Positions 10,185 through 17,150 of a DNA stretch of 36,875 bases are shown in pieces. Both the position numbers and the translations under genes were made by a program. Below the pieces are notes generated by a model. The model was given only the letters and a program-made list of their open reading frames with translations, was not told where the DNA came from and made no database searches. The DNA comes from Selenomonadales bacterium (GTDB taxonomy: Bacteria > Bacillota > Negativicutes > RGIG982), in the NCBI GenBank assembly GCA_017442105.1, contig JAFSAX010000063.1, positions 1 through 36,875 of the forward strand, read 5' to 3'. Numbering within the stretch: position 1 is the stretch's first letter; the number at the start of each line of letters is the position of its first letter.

Positions 10185-11332
10185 GCTTTCACCTCCCGCT
10201 GCGTTTCATTGACTTCATCTATCGTTTCGTTTAAACATCGTTTCTGTTCGTTCGTCATCTTATCACCCGTCATCGCTTCAAAAAAGACGGCGAACCTTTC
10301 TGCTTCTGTCATCTTCGGTCGCTTGACAGTCGTCGTATCCATCATCTCGCGCGGTGCGAAATATGCCCTCTCCAACTGCAGAAGATGCGGGAACTTCTTC
10401 TCGAGTCTGCCTTTGGCATCGAGGATCGGGTCTTGGTCGAGAAGCTTGACAGCGATATAATCGTCCGACCCCTCGCCTCTCATCAGCTCCTCGAACGTCC
10501 CTTCTACGATACGCATATCACGCTTCGGCGTAAACGATACCATCTCCGTCCGCACCGAACCGTCGGCCGCCAGCTCGACGAGCTGAACGCCTTTTTTCTG
10601 ACCTGCCTCAGAGAACGAATATTTCATCAGCGAACCGCTGTATCTGACCGTATCACTGCCTGCCTTCTGCGGACCGTGCAGATGGCCGAGTGCCGTATAG
10701 CAAAACGGCTCGAACAGCTTCGGCGAGATACTGCCCGTCCCGCCGACGGACAGCGGTCGCTCCGACTCGCACTCCTCACCGCCCGCGATGAACGCATGTG
10801 CGACCGCTACCGTACGCGCACTTTTCGGCACGTGCGGCATCATCGCATCCATCATGCACCGCATCGCCATCTCATGACCGAACACCTCATCTGTGCCGTA
10901 TACCGCACGAACGAGCGACGGCTCCGCATAGACGAGCGGCAAAAACGCCACATCGCCGTACTCGTCGGAAAGCACGAGCGGACGCGCATCAGGCGACGGC
11001 ACACCGTAGACATAGAGCCCTGCTTTCGTCAGAAGACGACTGCCGAAATGCAGTCTGTCGGCACTGTCATGGTTACCTGCTATCATAATGGTCGGCACAC
11101 GATAGTCGAGCAGGATCTTCGACAGCGTATCGTCGAGCAGCGCGACCGCATCGGTCGGCGGTACGGCACGATCATAGATATCACCCGCTATCACGAGCGC
11201 ATCGGGCTTCGTATCTTTTACATAATCGCAAAACTGCTCTAAGATAAACGACTGATCGTTCGTCAAATGGACACCATGAAAATACCGTCCCAAATGCCAA
11301 TCCGATGTATGTATCAATCGCACAATCATCAT
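10181..11332 (-). CDS. sbcD: SbcD/Mre11-like nuclease subunit
   Basis: Calcineurin-like phosphoesterase motifs HTSDWHLG, AGDIYDR, IAGNHDS and GHLH. The ORF track start at 11332 sits directly against the GGGAG SD. GTG at 11323 (giving M-RLIHTSDWHLG with 9-nt spacing) is the more likely true start. Confidence 0.9.
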   Translation of the reverse strand: MMIVRLIHTSDWHLGRYFHGVHLTNDQSFILEQFCDYVKDTKPDALVIAGDIYDRAVPPTDAVALLDDTLSKILLDYRVPTIMIAGNHDSADRLHFGSRLLTKAGLYVYGVPSPDARPLVLSDEYGDVAFLPLVYAEPSLVRAVYGTDEVFGHEMAMRCMMDAMMPHVPKSARTVAVAHAFIAGGEECESERPLSVGGTGSISPKLFEPFCYTALGHLHGPQKAGSDTVRYSGSLMKYSFSEAGQKKGVQLVELAADGSVRTEMVSFTPKRDMRIVEGTFEELMRGEGSDDYIAVKLLDQDPILDAKGRLEKKFPHLLQLERAYFAPREMMDTTTVKRPKMTEAERFAVFFEAMTGDKMTNEQKRCLNETIDEVNETQREVKA

Positions 11333-11409
11333 CTCCCATCTCTACGGAAACGGTTTCGTTTCCGCTTACCAAAATACCTTCTATCAAAACAAAAAATCAT
11401 CTATCAGGT

Positions 11410-11441
11410 AAAAAGACCTTCTCCCTGATCGAGAGAAGGCC
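11410..11441 (-). terminator. Intrinsic terminator after the MgtC-family gene
   Basis: On the minus strand, CCTTCTC/GAGAAGG-based stem (11417-11423 / 11433-11439) is followed by TTTTT (complement of 11410-11414). It starts 7 nt after the stop at 11448. It separates mgtC from the sbcDC-addBA operon. Confidence 0.55.
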
Positions 11442-11447
11442 TCCTCT

Positions 11448-12116
11448 TTATTCAACCGTAACATTGCGCACACCGCGCAGATTATAAAATGTCTTGCGAA
11501 GGATCATTGACCGATCGCGACCGCCTCGCATCGAAATGAGGAACGTCACGTTGAGCTCCTCACCGCCCTCGACTTCATCGACGATGATATCATTGATATC
11601 GGCAGAGAGCAGCCGAAGCGTCTGACACATTTCTTCTATCTTACTGCGGTCGTTTACAAGCGTGATAACGACTTTGAGGCGCGACCGCGCTTTGAGCCGT
11701 TTTTCGAGCTGATACAAAAGCGACAGCGTGGCAAACGCCAGGATCGTCGCTAAGATCGCACCCGAATAGTAACCGAACCCGACTGCAAGTCCGATCGCCG
11801 ATACGACCCAGATGCTTGCCGCCGTCGTCAGCCCCGTAACGAGCGGGCCTTCCTTCATGATCGTACCCGCACCGAGGAAACCGATACCGCTGATGACCTG
11901 TGCCGCCAAACGAGCAGGGTCGGCATTCGTCTGCCCTTCTACCGTATAATAGACATTGACTGACAAGATCATGATCATACACGAACCCATACAGACAAGC
12001 ACGTGCGTCCTGAGCCCTGCCGCCTTATTAGATGCCTGCCGCTCATAGCCGACAAGCCCGCCAAGTAAGATCGATAACAACAGCCTTATGGCTGTATCCA
12101 CATCTGAGATCATCAT
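11448..12116 (-). CDS. MgtC/SapB family membrane protein
   Basis: 222-aa ORF. N-terminal hydrophobic domain carries the family hallmark LLGGLVGYERQ...AGLRTH, followed by several TM segments and a soluble ACT-like C-terminal domain. GGAGG SD lies upstream. Confidence 0.8.
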   Translation of the reverse strand: MMISDVDTAIRLLLSILLGGLVGYERQASNKAAGLRTHVLVCMGSCMIMILSVNVYYTVEGQTNADPARLAAQVISGIGFLGAGTIMKEGPLVTGLTTAASIWVVSAIGLAVGFGYYSGAILATILAFATLSLLYQLEKRLKARSRLKVVITLVNDRSKIEEMCQTLRLLSADINDIIVDEVEGGEELNVTFLISMRGGRDRSMILRKTFYNLRGVRNVTVE

Positions 12117-12163
12117 ATTCCTCCTTCTCTCTCTTCTATGGAGGACATATCATCGGTCTGCGC

Positions 12164-12745
12164 TCAGCCCCACAAATCCTTATTGCTCGTGCTGACCGCC
12201 GTAATACCGTTACCAAACGCCATCTGCACATCATCAGCCGTCTGGATAAGACCACCGCCGAATACTGCCAGCTTCGTTTCTTTTTTGATACGCTCGATCG
12301 TAAATGCAGGTACAACACCCGGCAATACCTCGATAATATCCGGTTTGTATTTCACTGCCAGATTGATACCCGTACGAAGCGATTCCGAATCCATCAAGAA
12401 GAGTCGTTGTATAGCGATCATGCCGCTGTCACGAATGACATGGCACAAATATGCTTTCGTTGTAATAAGACCTGCGATGCCCATCTGCGACAAGAAGCGG
12501 ATACCCACTTCGTCCTTACCGACACCTGCAATAAAATCAAGATGCACGAACAAACCCTTGCCTACCGCAGCTGCCTCCTTCACCATCTCGGGAAGCGATA
12601 AGATATCACCGAACAGAACCAACACGATCGGCGAATTGCTCTTGAGCGCTTGACGGAACTGATCCGCATTGCGCACCGACGGAATAATAGAATTGCTCTG
12701 CTCTGTTTTTAACTGTTTGATAAACGATTCAATATTGCTGTTCAT
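12164..12745 (-). CDS. glpP: GlpP-family (glycerol-3-phosphate responsive) antiterminator-like protein
   Basis: 193-aa ORF that matches B. subtilis GlpP along its length as I recall it: IIPSVRN...FVHLDFIAGVGKDE...GLITTK...AIQRLFLMDS...PDIIEVLPGV...FGGGLI...AVSTSNKDLW. GAGGGAG SD lies 5 nt before the ATG. No glp genes are present in the window. Confidence 0.7.
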   Translation of the reverse strand: MNSNIESFIKQLKTEQSNSIIPSVRNADQFRQALKSNSPIVLVLFGDILSLPEMVKEAAAVGKGLFVHLDFIAGVGKDEVGIRFLSQMGIAGLITTKAYLCHVIRDSGMIAIQRLFLMDSESLRTGINLAVKYKPDIIEVLPGVVPAFTIERIKKETKLAVFGGGLIQTADDVQMAFGNGITAVSTSNKDLWG

Positions 12746-12817
12746 ATTTTCTCCCTCTCTCTTTTGCTTGGACAGCTTCTTTATATAAATGTAACAATAT
12801 TCTGTCTCTTACAGATT

Positions 12818-12846
12818 ATTATACAATTTTCTTCAACCTTAGACAA
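12818..12846 (-). promoter_or_regulatory. Sigma-A-type promoter for glpP(-mgtC)
   Basis: The minus strand reads TTGTCT-17 nt-TATAAT, about 65 nt upstream of the glpP ATG. Confidence 0.45.
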
Positions 12847-12886
12847 TCTTATTTTGATCCTTCACAGAAAAAGGTTACGTTATTGC

Positions 12887-12915
12887 TTGCGCCTGCAAAA
12901 TCGGTGTGGTATGAT
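12887..12915 (+). promoter_or_regulatory. Extended -10 promoter for the pantothenate operon
   Basis: TTGCGC-17 nt-TATGAT, with TG at -15/-14 (TGgTATGAT, 12907-12915). Confidence 0.45.
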
Positions 12916-12921
12916 ATGTGC

Positions 12922-13131
12922 GGCAATGATCGATGGTAGCCTTGTGCACTATACGATACACGCCATGTCTATCATAACTGTATATCAAGCGCATCATATC
13001 TGCTTGGATCTGCGGACCGAGACGGCTGACGACGTGCTTATTTGCCTATTATGCGAACATTTCGCGATAGGTCTGTTTGCATATGCCTCTCGACAGATTC
13101 GAGGGGCGTTTTTTGTTGGGAGGTTTTTGGT
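12922..13131 (+). promoter_or_regulatory. ~210-nt untranslated leader of the pan operon (candidate attenuator or riboswitch)
   Basis: Long non-coding stretch between the predicted promoter and the SD GGGAGG (13118-13123). It contains a bulged hairpin at 13045-13071 and ends in an intrinsic terminator (next feature). Confidence 0.4.
13085..13114 (+). terminator. Leader (attenuator) terminator immediately upstream of the pan operon SD
   Basis: 9-bp stem GCCTCTCGA (13085-13093) / TCGAGGGGC (13099-13107), 5-nt loop, then G + T6 (13109-14). It ends 3 nt before the SD and 17 nt before ATG 13132. Confidence 0.6.
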
Positions 13132-13998
13132 ATGTGTTCGATACGTATTGCCATCATTGGTGCAGGCAAAGTCGGAACCGTGTTGGCTCGTCTACTGACT
13201 GAAAAAGGATATTCTGTCACGGAGGTGATGAGCCGTTCTTCGGATTCAGCAACGCGCCTTGCCACGTTGATCGGCGCACGCATGGTAACGGATGCACGCA
13301 ACTTGACGGCAGACGTGATCCTCGTCACCGTCAGCGACCGCGCCATCGGTGATATCGCATCGTCACTCGCTGTGCCTCTGTTCAAAGGACGCATCGTACT
13401 CCATACGAGTGGCTCAATGGGGCGCGAGGTGCTGTTTCCCGCGGCCGAAGCAGGCCTTCATACAGGCAGTATCCATCCGCTCTTTTCGTTTGCACGGTAC
13501 GACTTATCGGCAGATGACCTCTGTGGCACCTATTATGCCGTTGACGGAGACGAGATCGCTCTGCCTGTTGCCATGGAACTTGCTCACGCGCTCGGCGGAC
13601 AACCGTTTCACCTGTCTGCCGACAAACGCGCACTGTATCATGCAGGGGCAGTCGTCGCATCAAACTATCTCGTGACGCTTCTCACGGTAGCCGCTCGTCA
13701 GTTATCGTTGTGCGGTCTGACAGAAGACGATGCGCTTCGCGCACTCATGCCACTTGCGGTCGGCACACTCAACAATCTGTCTGCCGTCGGCAAGAACGCT
13801 CTGACAGGCCCAATTGTACGCGGTGATATACCTACGATAGACAAACATCTTCATACGCTCGGCGAGAACTGCCCCGATACGCTCGCGCTCTATCGACTGC
13901 TCGGTACAACGACTGCCGATATGGCAACGGCGAACGGACAGCTTTTACCCGAGACCAAGACCATCATTCATCAACTGTTACGGAGGGATATCCATTGA
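13132..13998 (+). CDS. Rossmann-fold NAD(P)-binding oxidoreductase, DUF2520-like (candidate ketopantoate reductase)
   Basis: 288 aa counted from ATG 13132 (SD GGGAGG 8 nt upstream); the ORF track start at 13042 has no SD. N-terminal dinucleotide fold [14 protein letters not shown]. The C-terminal helical domain ([17 protein letters not shown]...TGPIVRGD) resembles the ProC/ApbA C-terminal and DUF2520 type. Its stop overlaps the panB start (TTGA). Confidence 0.65.
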   Translation: MCSIRIAIIGAGKVGTVLARLLTEKGYSVTEVMSRSSDSATRLATLIGARMVTDARNLTADVILVTVSDRAIGDIASSLAVPLFKGRIVLHTSGSMGREVLFPAAEAGLHTGSIHPLFSFARYDLSADDLCGTYYAVDGDEIALPVAMELAHALGGQPFHLSADKRALYHAGAVVASNYLVTLLTVAARQLSLCGLTEDDALRALMPLAVGTLNNLSAVGKNALTGPIVRGDIPTIDKHLHTLGENCPDTLALYRLLGTTTADMATANGQLLPETKTIIHQLLRRDIH

Positions 13999-14831
13999 AC
14001 AAACACATTTCCAAATTGGCGATCGCCGAGAAAAAAATGAGCGGGACTCCCATCACGATGCTGACAGCCTACGATTACTCGATGGCAAAATTGCTCGATG
14101 AAAACGAGATCGATATGCTCCTCGTCGGTGATTCGCTCGGCAATGTGATGCTCGGCTACGAGTCCACCTTGCCCGTCACGATGGAGGACATGATCCATCA
14201 TACAAAGATCGTTGCACGCGGTGCCCGTCATGCCATGGTCGTCGCCGATATGCCGTTCTTGTCGTACCAAGTATCGATCGAAGAAGCGGTAAGAAACGCA
14301 GGCCGACTGATGAAAGAGGGCAGAGCCCACGCCGTCAAACTTGAAGGCGGCAGTGAGATGGCAGATACCGTACGCGCCATCTGCCGCGCAGGCATTCCCG
14401 TCGTCGGTCATATCGGACTGACACCGCAATCGATCCACCAACTGGGTGGATTCAAAGTACAAGGCAAAGAATCATCTGCCGCCCAAAAACTCCTCGATGA
14501 TGCCAAAGCACTCGAAGAAGCGGGCGCGTTCGTCATCGTGCTCGAATGTGTCCCGTCCAAGCTCGCTGCCAAAGTGACTGCTTCTCTGACAAAAGCCGCG
14601 ACCATCGGCATCGGCGCGGGATCAGACTGTGACGGACAAGTACTCGTCATCAACGACTTACTCGGTATGAACAAAGATTTCAAACCCAAATTCGTCAAAC
14701 GGTTCGCCGATCTTCACACACTCATCTCTTCCGCCGTCCAAGACTACAAACGAGAAGTCGAAACACGCTCCTTCCCTGCTCCCGAACACGGTTTTGCCAT
14801 CGCAGACGATGTGCTCGAAAAGTTGTACTGA
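13995..14831 (+). CDS. panB: 3-methyl-2-oxobutanoate hydroxymethyltransferase (ketopantoate hydroxymethyltransferase)
   Basis: Motifs [29 protein letters not shown] and [12 protein letters not shown] start at 13995 has a GGAGGG SD 7 nt upstream. An alternative ATG lies at 14037. Confidence 0.94.
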   Translation: MNKHISKLAIAEKKMSGTPITMLTAYDYSMAKLLDENEIDMLLVGDSLGNVMLGYESTLPVTMEDMIHHTKIVARGARHAMVVADMPFLSYQVSIEEAVRNAGRLMKEGRAHAVKLEGGSEMADTVRAICRAGIPVVGHIGLTPQSIHQLGGFKVQGKESSAAQKLLDDAKALEEAGAFVIVLECVPSKLAAKVTASLTKAATIGIGAGSDCDGQVLVINDLLGMNKDFKPKFVKRFADLHTLISSAVQDYKREVETRSFPAPEHGFAIADDVLEKLY

Positions 14832-14843
14832 GGAGGTTCTGAT

Positions 14844-15701
14844 ATGCATCTATTCCATACGATACAAGACGTACGTGACTATGTCCGTACCCAAAAATCC
14901 CTCGGCAAATCGATCGCACTCGTTCCGACGATGGGCGCACTCCACGAAGGCCACCTGACGCTCGTACGCACCGCGAAAAACCAATGTGACATCGTCATTG
15001 TCAGCGTATTCGTCAACCCGACACAGTTCGGTCCGAACGAAGATTACGACGCGTATCCGCGCACGCTCGAAGCAGACTGCATGAACGCAGAAAAAGCAGG
15101 CGCATCGGCCATATTCGCACCGAGCCCGGCCGAGATGTACCCCGACGGCTTCGCTACGACCGTAAACGTCAGCGGCATCACCGACCTCCTCTGCGGCGCA
15201 CAGCGACCGGGACACTTCGCGGGTGTCGCACTCGTCGTGACGAAGCTCTTTAACATTATTCAGCCCGACCGCGCTTTCTTCGGACAAAAAGATGCCCAAC
15301 AAGTCCTCGTCATCCGTCGATTCACACATGACCTCAACATCCCTGTCGAGATCATCTCCGTCCCGATCGTCCGCGACGAAAACGGTCTTGCGCTCTCCTC
15401 GCGCAACCAATACCTCTCTGCAAAAGAAAAGTCGGCCGCACTCGTCCTCTCGCGTAGTCTTAAGGCAGCAGAAGAAGCCGTCCGCCAGGGTGAAGTACGT
15501 ACAAACGTCCTCACCGACCTCGTCGTTCGTACCATCGAAGCTGAACCACTCGCCACGATTGACTACGTCCATATCTATGCATATCCGTCACTTGACGTGA
15601 CAGACACCATCGAGCCGAGCGCACTTCTCGCACTCGCCGTTCGTATCGGCACCACACGTCTTATTGACAACACTATCTTGGAGGTATCCACATGTTCGTA
15701 G
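14844..15701 (+). CDS. panC: Pantoate--beta-alanine ligase (pantothenate synthetase)
   Basis: Motifs [37 protein letters not shown] and [18 protein letters not shown] lies upstream. Confidence 0.95.
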   Translation: MHLFHTIQDVRDYVRTQKSLGKSIALVPTMGALHEGHLTLVRTAKNQCDIVIVSVFVNPTQFGPNEDYDAYPRTLEADCMNAEKAGASAIFAPSPAEMYPDGFATTVNVSGITDLLCGAQRPGHFAGVALVVTKLFNIIQPDRAFFGQKDAQQVLVIRRFTHDLNIPVEIISVPIVRDENGLALSSRNQYLSAKEKSAALVLSRSLKAAEEAVRQGEVRTNVLTDLVVRTIEAEPLATIDYVHIYAYPSLDVTDTIEPSALLALAVRIGTTRLIDNTILEVSTCS

Positions 15702-16075
15702 AAGCACTCAAATCCAAAATTCATTGCGCCACCGTCACCGAAGCCAACCTCAACTACATGGGCAGTATCACCATAGACGAAAACCTCCTCGATGCATCAG
15801 GAATACGCCCCCACGAAAAAGTACAGATCGTCAACAACAATAACGGTGCACGGTTCGAAACGTACGTCATTCGCGGACAGCGCGGCAGCGGTACGATATG
15901 CCTCAACGGCGCGGCCGCCCGCCTCGTCCAACCGAACGACATCGTCATCATCATCTGCTATGCACAGATGACACCCGAAGAGCTCGATGCTCACGAACCG
16001 ACCATCATCATGGTTGACAGCCAAAACCATATCAAAGAAATTCGCGGACGCGAGCATCACAGCGAAACCGCCTGA
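15692..16075 (+). CDS. panD: Aspartate 1-decarboxylase proenzyme
   Basis: 127 aa. [23 protein letters not shown] contains the Gly-Ser self-processing site. The gene overlaps the panC end by 10 nt. GGAGG SD lies upstream. Confidence 0.95.
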   Translation: MFVEALKSKIHCATVTEANLNYMGSITIDENLLDASGIRPHEKVQIVNNNNGARFETYVIRGQRGSGTICLNGAAARLVQPNDIVIIICYAQMTPEELDAHEPTIIMVDSQNHIKEIRGREHHSETA

Positions 16076-16080
16076 AAATC

Positions 16081-16121
16081 AAAAAGCCGATACACAGCAC
16101 TCGTCTGTCTATCGGCTTTTT
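16081..16121. terminator. Bidirectional terminator between panD and the convergent 208-aa gene
   Basis: AAAAAGCCGATAcACAG (16081-16097) pairs with CTGTcTATCGGCTTTTT (16104-16121). A-run and T-run flanks allow it to work on both strands. Confidence 0.7.
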
Positions 16122-16136
16122 GATTTCTGTATACAA

Positions 16137-16763
16137 TTACTCGTTCTCCTTTTCCGTACGACGCACCATATTGATCTCACGATTATCCATGAACCGATGC
16201 GCAAACTTCGGCGGCATCAGATACAACTCCGTACGTACCACCGCCCGCACCGTCTGTCCTTTCTTCGGCGAATGGCCGACGATAAGCTTCGCACAGACAG
16301 GGCGCACCTCTTTCGGCGCACGCTGTACACCTTCGAGATATTCCTCAAGAGAGAGCAGACGATTGCCGAACATACGGCGGTAGAATCGGTCGCCCTTCTT
16401 CTGCAAAAAATGCTCGATGCGGTACTGACCGTCCGACACCTCACGGATCGCGATCGTAAGCACATCGTACTTCTGCGCAAGCGCCGCCGAATACAGCATC
16501 GTACCGTCTTCGTTCGGATTCTTGTCGACCGCACCTTCGCCCATGCGGCTCTCCACCACGATGAGAAGATACGGCTGACCCTTGATACGCATCAAAAAAT
16601 CAGGATACCGCTTCGTTGAAAGCTCGGGCGGTATCACCGAGAGAAGCGCATTTATGCGGCTGTCGGCAGACCTGCCTTCATCTACGCTGATATCCTCACT
16701 CCGATAATAGCCGTGCTTTTTGAGAAGCTCGCGCACCAAATCAACACTATTCGGTCTGTCCAT
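16137..16763 (-). CDS. Hypothetical protein, possible HsdR-N-terminal-like / PD-(D/E)xK nuclease-fold domain
   Basis: 208 aa counted from ATG 16763 (SD AGGGAGGG 6 nt upstream); the ORF track uses an upstream TTG at 16787. The N-terminal part (SVDLVRELLKKHGYY...YPDFLMRIKGQPYLLIVVESR...YDVLTIAIREVSDGQYRIEHF) resembles the small restriction-endonuclease-like HsdR_N domain pattern. The C-terminal ~70 aa are unassigned. Confidence 0.55.
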   Translation of the reverse strand: MDRPNSVDLVRELLKKHGYYRSEDISVDEGRSADSRINALLSVIPPELSTKRYPDFLMRIKGQPYLLIVVESRMGEGAVDKNPNEDGTMLYSAALAQKYDVLTIAIREVSDGQYRIEHFLQKKGDRFYRRMFGNRLLSLEEYLEGVQRAPKEVRPVCAKLIVGHSPKKGQTVRAVVRTELYLMPPKFAHRFMDNREINMVRRTEKENE

Positions 16764-16796
16764 CGTCTGTCCCTCCCTTCTAAACAATCTTCTTAC

Positions 16797-16825
16797 ATAC
16801 TAATGGAGCAAACAAAAAAAGTCAA
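16797..16825 (-). promoter_or_regulatory. Sigma-A-type promoter of the 208-aa gene
   Basis: The minus strand reads TTGACT-17 nt-TAGTAT, directly downstream of the small-peptide terminator. Confidence 0.45.
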
Positions 16826-16830
16826 CCAAG

Positions 16831-16869
16831 GAAACAAAAACGGGCGCAAAAGTCCCCTTCTGCGCCCGT
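16831..16869 (-). terminator. Intrinsic terminator of the 25-aa peptide gene
   Basis: The minus strand reads ACGGGCGCA-gaaggggacttt-TGCGCCCGT (9-bp stem, 16840-16848 / 16861-16869) followed by TTTTTGTTT. It lies 33 nt after the peptide stop codon. Confidence 0.65.
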
Positions 16870-16902
16870 CATCAAAAGTCTGTATCGCGTGATATCGCTC
16901 GC

Positions 16903-16980
16903 TTATTGTGCAATGCCTGCCAAGATCAAGTGACAGCCAAACAAAAAGCTCAAAATTCCGATCTCAATAAAATCAGCCAT
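16903..16980 (-). CDS. Unannotated small ORF: 25-aa hydrophobic (single-TM-length) peptide MADFIEIGILSFLFGCHLILAGIAQ
   Basis: Absent from the ORF track because it is too short. ATG at 16980 is preceded by GGAGG with 9-nt spacing (complement of 16990-16994). A consensus-like promoter lies upstream and a terminator downstream, so it forms a self-contained monocistronic unit. Confidence 0.45.
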   Translation of the reverse strand: MADFIEIGILSFLFGCHLILAGIAQ

Positions 16981-17021
16981 CTATCTCTACCTCCAATTTG
17001 GTTCGACTGTTGCAACGTCTG

Positions 17022-17050
17022 TTGATTCTTAATCACACCCTTAGTATAAT
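17022..17050 (+). promoter_or_regulatory. Repressor promoter P1
   Basis: TTGATT (17022-17027)-17 nt-TATAAT (17045-17050). Confidence 0.5.
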
Positions 17051-17071
17051 CCGTTGTTGATTATTTGTCAA
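17043..17071 (-). promoter_or_regulatory. Promoter of the 25-aa peptide gene
   Basis: The minus strand reads TTGACA (complement of 17066-17071)-17 nt-TATACT (complement of 17043-17048). Its -10 overlaps the -10 of the divergent repressor promoter P1. Confidence 0.5.
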
Positions 17072-17088
17072 CATATTTTTTAATTTTG

Positions 17089-17117
17089 TTGATTTTAAAT
17101 CATTCTCGTGATATGAT
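17089..17117 (+). promoter_or_regulatory. Repressor promoter P2 (extended -10)
   Basis: TTGATT (17089-17094)-17 nt-TATGAT (17112-17117), with TG at 17109-17110. Confidence 0.4.
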
Positions 17118-17150
17118 AAAGACAACAACAACAAAAAGGGAGGTCCCGTT

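Larger units (their letters stand above)
17020..17102. promoter_or_regulatory. Three candidate operator palindromes sharing the 8-mer TGTTGATT
   Basis: R1 is TGATT-ctt-AATCA (17023-17035). R2 is TGTTGA-N7-TCAACA (17055-17073). R3 is TGATT-tta-AATCA (17090-17102). TGTTGATT occurs at 17020, 17055 and 17087. Each copy overlaps a -35 or the transcription start of one of the divergent promoters. Confidence 0.4.

Noticed and set aside
12764-13198. A 144-aa plus-strand ORF spanning the glpP/pan intergenic region.
   Set aside because: It runs through two predicted promoters and the leader terminator and into the Rossmann-protein gene. It has a non-ATG start, no SD, and Cys/Leu/Ile-rich nonsense composition.
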